This document shows positions 58,450-64,000 of a stretch of 64,000 nucleotides of DNA, piece after piece. The stretch comes from the human T2T-CHM13v2.0 reference genome, Homo sapiens. The translations under genes were made by a program, and so were the position numbers. The stretch lies in the NCBI RefSeq assembly GCF_009914755.1, contig NC_060947.1; one strand, given 5' to 3'. Every line of letters begins with the position of its first letter. Position 1 is the stretch's first letter. A model generated the notes under the pieces. The model was not told the origin of the DNA. It made no database searches and saw nothing but the letters and a program-made list of their open reading frames with translations.

Positions 58450-59536
58450 TCATTTACAGTTGTTTCGTTTTGTTTTTGTTTTAATGTCCATTTTCTGTTG
58501 ACTGTTCCCAGTTTTCATTTTCCATACAGTCTGTATGTAAAGTCTGGTTTTCATTAAGCTGTGGCCAGTATTTGCCACTACAACAGAAACACACTGTCAC
58601 ACTTGCTAGAATATAACTGTACTTGGGCTTCTCCTTTCCTGTGAAGTAGTGCTGGGCTTTCTAGAGTTTAATTCTCAAGTGGCACAAGATAGCAGAGCCC
58701 ATGCATTTTAATGGCTGAGACTGCTAAGAGTGAACCTAAACACTTACAAGTTGCAGAGAGAAATGAAAAAGTAATTACATGCTATTAGCATTGAGAAATG
58801 TTGACAAATTAATTTGTTGGGAACCAAAGATAGCATTTCTGATGACAACTCCCACAGTGATTGGCCAGTTGTATGATGAGTACACTGCTGGAAAGAGGGT
58901 AAACTGGGAGTTAGTGGATGGTCCCAATGCCCTGCCTACAGCAGAGTGCCAACCAGCCCTGAGTGCAAAATTCAAGTTCAATGTGTGTGCTTGTGTGTGG
59001 TGTGCTTTATGGACCCGCAAATACCATATTCATTATTGATGATAAGATCTTCACAGAATCCTGTAGCTACTAATGCATTGAGTTTTTAATCTCAGTACAT
59101 CAGCCAGGAGGAGCCAGATCACAGGGTAGTGATGTCTACTGGGATTATACTCATAACATCTACACAAAACAAGTTGAGAAGGATCCACGTTTTCATTGTT
59201 TATCAGAATTGTATCTCATTTGGCTGAGCATTACTTTTGTCAGAATGTGTTATCTGTAAACCATGTGTAGTGAAATTCTTCTGTAACTTTGGATTAAAGG
59301 TATTTATGGTCTTTTTGTTTGTTTGATTTTTAAGTAAGTTATTTCTTTTGTAGACCTGCTGATGGTATGGTTCCATCCTTCTGACCTCAGCATCCAATCT
59401 TTTTAAGGATTTTTGTTTTCAATATTGTTATTTTAAATTGTGGTTGAAGCAATAGAAAATTGAAATATGGATTGTGCATGACTGTGTCTTGAGTGTAAAA
59501 ATATTGCAGTTTGAAACTTGGACCTAAAGTATTGCA

Positions 59537-59542
59537 AATAAA
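59537..59542 (+). terminator. Distal polyadenylation signal AATAAA
   Basis: Canonical hexamer, CA/A cleavage context at ~59555-59560, TGTC/T-rich downstream, TGTA elements upstream. Confidence 0.7.
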
Positions 59543-61529
59543 AATGACAAACATCAATGAGCTATTGCTTCTGTCTTCTGTCACCTTCCCATCCACCCCC
59601 CTTGGCATTGACCATTTTACCTACTTCACAGGTTAGAGGGTATCACCATCTCATAGGTCTGGAGTCAGGGAAATGCCCAGCCTTGTCAGCCATACAGGAA
59701 ATGCTCTGCAAATTCTGCTACTAAATAACTCGGACCCAGAGTCTCCATCTGATGTTTACATGGAATAGCTCAGAGAGGTGAATGTGTATACTCAATGCAG
59801 GTCAGAAGCCTTGCAGATCACAAATGTAGATGAAGGGGAACTACCAAAAGAAATCACGTGTAGTAAATAATTTGTTTTTGATCATCTTTCCACTTGGAAA
59901 ATTCTGAACACGCAAAACCATCTGCACAATGTTTAGTTTTGTCTTATATCTGATACCAAAGTCCAGAGGTCACAGGAGGCATTTCAACCAACATTACTGA
60001 AAACCTTCATTCATTAATTTGCTCACACATTTGAAAAGCATTTATTGAGCTGCTGCTACATGTCAGACACTGTAGATATTCAAAAAATCACCTGTAAATG
60101 TGACTAAATGACAGTAAAGCTTGTTAAAAGCTGCTAGATGCACCTGTTGGAGTCAGGTTTGTCAGAGGCTCTCTTGAGTCCTCAAGACTCAAGGACACCA
60201 GCAATTTGGTAAACTGGAGGTTTGTTCCACTAGTATTACTTGTACAGTGGGCATAGTACTCCTTCTAGAGAACGTGTATATAATTTTGTACCTTTGTGTA
60301 AGTGCATACACACTGGTACTATATTCCTTACAAATGGATTATGTATCTTACCAAATGTTATTTGGTTGTTTTCTAGTTCACTGTACTTACATGCAAGCTT
60401 TAATTTTCTCACTTAATCTCTCCATGTTGAAAGCCAAAAAGACATTTTCTGTAAATATGAGCGGGCAAGTGAATGAGAATTCCAGCAACTAGGATTTAGC
60501 CAAGTTCTCTACTGCCCATGTGCATAATTACTGCACTGCCTCTCTTACTAACAAGCTCCTGCTAACAAGCCTCACACCCTTCCAGCCTTTCTTGCCAGGT
60601 TACTCCAACTATTTTTCTATTCCTATTAAATGAAACAGAAATACTGTCTATGAGTTAGCAAATTACCAATATCTTCCATCACAAAATAAAATTTGAAGGC
60701 ATTTTCCTTTGTCACAATGACTTGGAGGAGCAGGGCCCAAACAATGATAAATATATTATTCCACAGCTCAACCTTATAAGCATGATTGCTGGAACTCTAG
60801 CCTTATCCAAGTTCCTTACCTCCTACTGAAGTGAGGAGGGGCTAATACCTGAAGTGCCCCACAGATTTTAGTTGTTCTCCACATCCCATGAGGTCTTTGC
60901 CCCCAGGCACTTGGGTGGCATCTGGGCATCTGCTGGCTTCCCACACACCTGTGTCAAGCACCACTACTACCACTACCCTCTGCTAATCCTGTACCAGTGT
61001 CACTGTCCAGCTGCTCCTGTGCTTGCCATTCTACTTACCTATATCTGCAATATACACAGCAGTCCCTGATGCTGACAGATCTCTGGGATGATTCAACCAC
61101 TTTGCAGTTTTACAGCTGACTACTTTTTATTTGTTTTCCATACCTGATGGCAGAAACCCTTCCCATGGAATCAAATCATTTCACTACATCTTTGGACCCA
61201 TTTTGATGTTGATGTTCTTTTTCAGTTTTTGGCACCTCACTGAACCAGGGAGCAAGTTTGGTCTTGGTTTTTTCCCCTCTCCCTTACTGGGGCTTGTCAG
61301 GTCAACTTTTGCATATTACAGGCCCGCTGCCTACCATAGAGGTTAATCTGAAGCCTTTGCTATAGCTATTGCTTTATACACATTTATACATGTTCTCTCA
61401 AGCAGCCAACCTTGGAGTAAAAAGGAAATTGGCAATGTGGCCCTCTTATACGTGTACTTTAGTATTTTACCTAGAGAACCCTTGTCCTATTTCCTAGACA
61501 TATATATTTCTGCAAAGTAAGAAGCAAGG

Positions 61530-61620
61530 CTATATTACCATTGAGGGTAAACAGATAAAAGGTACACAGGATCTCTCTTCATTCTTACAATTACATGTGA
61601 TATACAATTATCTTAACAAT
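61530..61620 (+). mobile_element. Short L1M 3' end fragment
   Basis: ttaccattgagggtaaacagataaaaggtacacaggatctctc...ttcttacaattacatgtga. Confidence 0.55.
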
Positions 61621-62052
61621 ATTTGCAATAAGAAAAGCAATGGACTGCATGGCATCTTTGTTTATGACATTTCAGAGGTCATGGTAATGATATAGGCTGG
61701 GTATCATGGCCCAGCCCACTTCTATCTCCAACTACCTATACTTTGGTATCAAGAAGTTCCTCACAAAATTAATTCCACCTGTCACCAGTCCCACCCACCT
61801 TAGATAGTAGGACATCCCAGTTTCTCCTCAGCCACTTGTGATTTCTCCCTGGGGATGCAGGGAATGCAAATATCATTGTTTATGAGTTCCTCCCTGTGGA
61901 CATGAATTGACTGGCTTCTCAGCCTACAGTATTGCAGGAGAATAAAATTCATAATGAGAAACATCTTTTAATTTTATAATATGTAAAGCCAAATTGCTTT
62001 GCTTTACAAAATGGGAGGGCTATGCCATGTTCTAATGTTGTAAATTAAGACT

Positions 62053-63340
62053 CTACATTGTATACTGAAACCCTGCAGTAAGAATAAATAAATAGCCCCA
62101 CTAGGCTTTCCACATTTTCATTCTAAACTCTCTTGAACAGACATTAGCAAATGGAGTTAAAATTCCTTTTATATTTAAATATATGTAGCTGACATAATTC
62201 AGATATTTTAAAATTATTTAAATAAGATAGTTACTCCTCTAGAATTCAAGTAGAAAATGGGGATTATCAAACTATTCACCATAATGAAGATCTTAATCCC
62301 TGCTGCTATTGGTCCATTACCACCTTCAGCAGTGATTTTTGTTTTGATTTTGCAAGCATTGTGCTTGGTAAGCTGTTTTTCACTTTACTCAGAAGTGCAT
62401 ATATTATAATCTGCTTTCAGGATATTTCTATCATAAGGTTTGACTGTAGAAAAGACAATAATGTTCCCAGTTGGTAATTTAGAGTCTTCTAACTCCTCTG
62501 GATAAACATTATCTGGATTCCATGTGATCTCATCAATCTTACCAACACCAACACATCTAGCATCAAAATGATATAAATAATTCATTGTATGAAGGATCAT
62601 ATTACCAAATCCTGAATGATAAAGGTTTTATCCCCTACACTGAGAGAAAATACTAAAACGTTCATGCAAGAAGCAGCATTTATGAACATTTCAAATCCAT
62701 GCAGGCTAACTCTCCAATGGCAGAGTTGCATGGATGCCACTTGGACTGATCTGTTAACCAATGATGTAGGCATGTGGATTAATATCAGAATAGCCTATAC
62801 TATCAGGATAAGTATCTGTAATCTAGAATATTCCTTTCATCAGTGCTCATATGAGGAGCAAATGTATCAATTCCAGGATCAATGAAACCCATTTTCCTTA
62901 GCTCCATGGTGAGCTTAACTCATTGACTGTATAATTTTGAGCACTGTGAACACCAAACTTAGCCCCTCCTTTAAATGGTATATAAACTAAAGCACTTTGT
63001 ATGTTATTAAAGAAACGAAAGCCTTAATATCATTTTCACTAACATCTGTACCATAAGGGGTGCAGTGTTAGTTGTGCTGGGCCAATGTGCCCTCTATGAC
63101 CATCTAGGAGTCACTGTTCCTCTGATGGGAAAACTAAGGCCCAGCACATAGTTGTAGGCTTAATGATTTGTAAAATGTCGTGTCCCCAATTGAGTTCACC
63201 TCACCTTCTCAGATCTTCAGATTTTCCACCAGCTTTTCTCCAACCATCATGGCATCACAGTTGAAGAAGCTACCCACCCCACCCTGTAATAAATGATTTC
63301 CAATCATATTGTCCTTCATCATTGTAATGATGCCTTGTAA
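62053..63340 (-). pseudogene. Ancient processed pseudogene of glutamate dehydrogenase 1 (GLUD1-like; possibly the locus named GLUD1P9)
   Basis: Minus-strand translation across frameshifts and stops gives collinear GLUD1 blocks with no introns: RHHY, SFFNCDAMMVGEKLVENLK, ILQIIKP, NYVLGLSFPIR, VIEGTLAQH, TDVSENDIKAFVSLITYK, PFKGGAKFGV, MELRKMGFIDPGIDTFAPHMST, GDKTFIIQ/FGNMILHTMNYL..WNPDNVYPEELEDSKL (track ORF 62385..62600), KITAEGGNGP, HLLMSVQESLE, TAGFQ. Confidence 0.93.
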
Positions 63341-64000
63341 CAGATGAGGTGGTTCCCACTGCTGCAGAAGCAAGGTCAAGTACAAATTTGGCTCCCCAGC
63401 CTCTAAGTGAGAATTAAAGGAATTCTGGAGGGGTACTTACTTTGCTGGCAAACATATGGATGGTGGCCTGGTGACTTTTCTTTAATTTCCTGTTGACTAG
63501 AGTATACACTGTGGCCCACTGTGATAGGGTGACTCATTTTTCTTCCTGCCCATAAACAGGGCAACCATTTTGGACTTCCCAGGGAGGCCCTCAATTATTC
63601 AGTGGAACTCAGCACCTCTCCATGCAGCTCCTGTCATCATACTCTAACAATGTAATAGTGTTTATTCCATTCGAGGTTGTTGCAAAATGCCTTGGAGGCC
63701 AACCTGTATGTTTCCAGTAGTTTCCACATTGGTTTAGCTACATATTTTAGCCGCTTCCTAAATCTCTACACCTCTTCTTCCTCCCTCATAGAGGAAGTCT
63801 CTGGTAAATGGAGTTTCCCACCAAAAATAAAATTAAGTGAGTAAAATTATCATCCCCTGTAGGGTGGTAGCCCAGTACCAAAAATGCTCAATCCTGTTCC
63901 TCTACCACCTGTTTTGCTTTTGCTTCAATTTGACTCAATCACATGCTGTCAAGTCAATGGAATCACTGAAATTATAGATCCCTTTAGGCTAATATGGGCT

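Noticed and set aside
60173-60193. 8-bp inverted repeat CTTGAGTC-N5-GACTCAAG (similar 7-bp stem near 38269)
   Set aside because: Expected by chance at this window size, and outside the inferred mature mRNA.
60480-60535. Possible displaced last exon of the GLUD1 retrocopy (…tgtgcataatt)
   Set aside because: Only a short, weak resemblance by eye that does not extend.
62385-62600. Initial reading of the ORF as an ERVL gag fragment
   Set aside because: Flanking frames give extended collinear glutamate dehydrogenase motifs instead.

Overview
Human-like (primate) AT-rich genomic DNA, dense in repeats. The + strand carries the 3' half of PAK3 (p21-activated kinase 3, X-linked). Eight coding exons (5211-52647, 869 nt) splice in frame through GT-AG introns and encode the whole kinase domain, ending ...[10 protein letters not shown] ~6.9 kb 3'UTR with several polyadenylation signals follows. 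About 2.5 kb further on, on the - strand, is an old, intronless, disrupted copy of glutamate dehydrogenase (a GLUD1 processed pseudogene, ~62053-63340). The introns hold Alu, L1, L2, MIR, CR1 and DNA-transposon fossils, including a twin-primed inverted L1PA and a triple-nested MER2>Tigger3>Alu. Nearly all ORFs in the supplied track are spurious or repeat-derived. I found no convincing novel biological system. The best leads are the GLUD retrocopy, a candidate 9-nt microexon, a weak donor with an adjacent AATAAA and stop, a 3'UTR hairpin and a polarised Alu layout. Gene and repeat-family calls come from remembered sequences, not database searches, and boundaries of old repeats are approximate.
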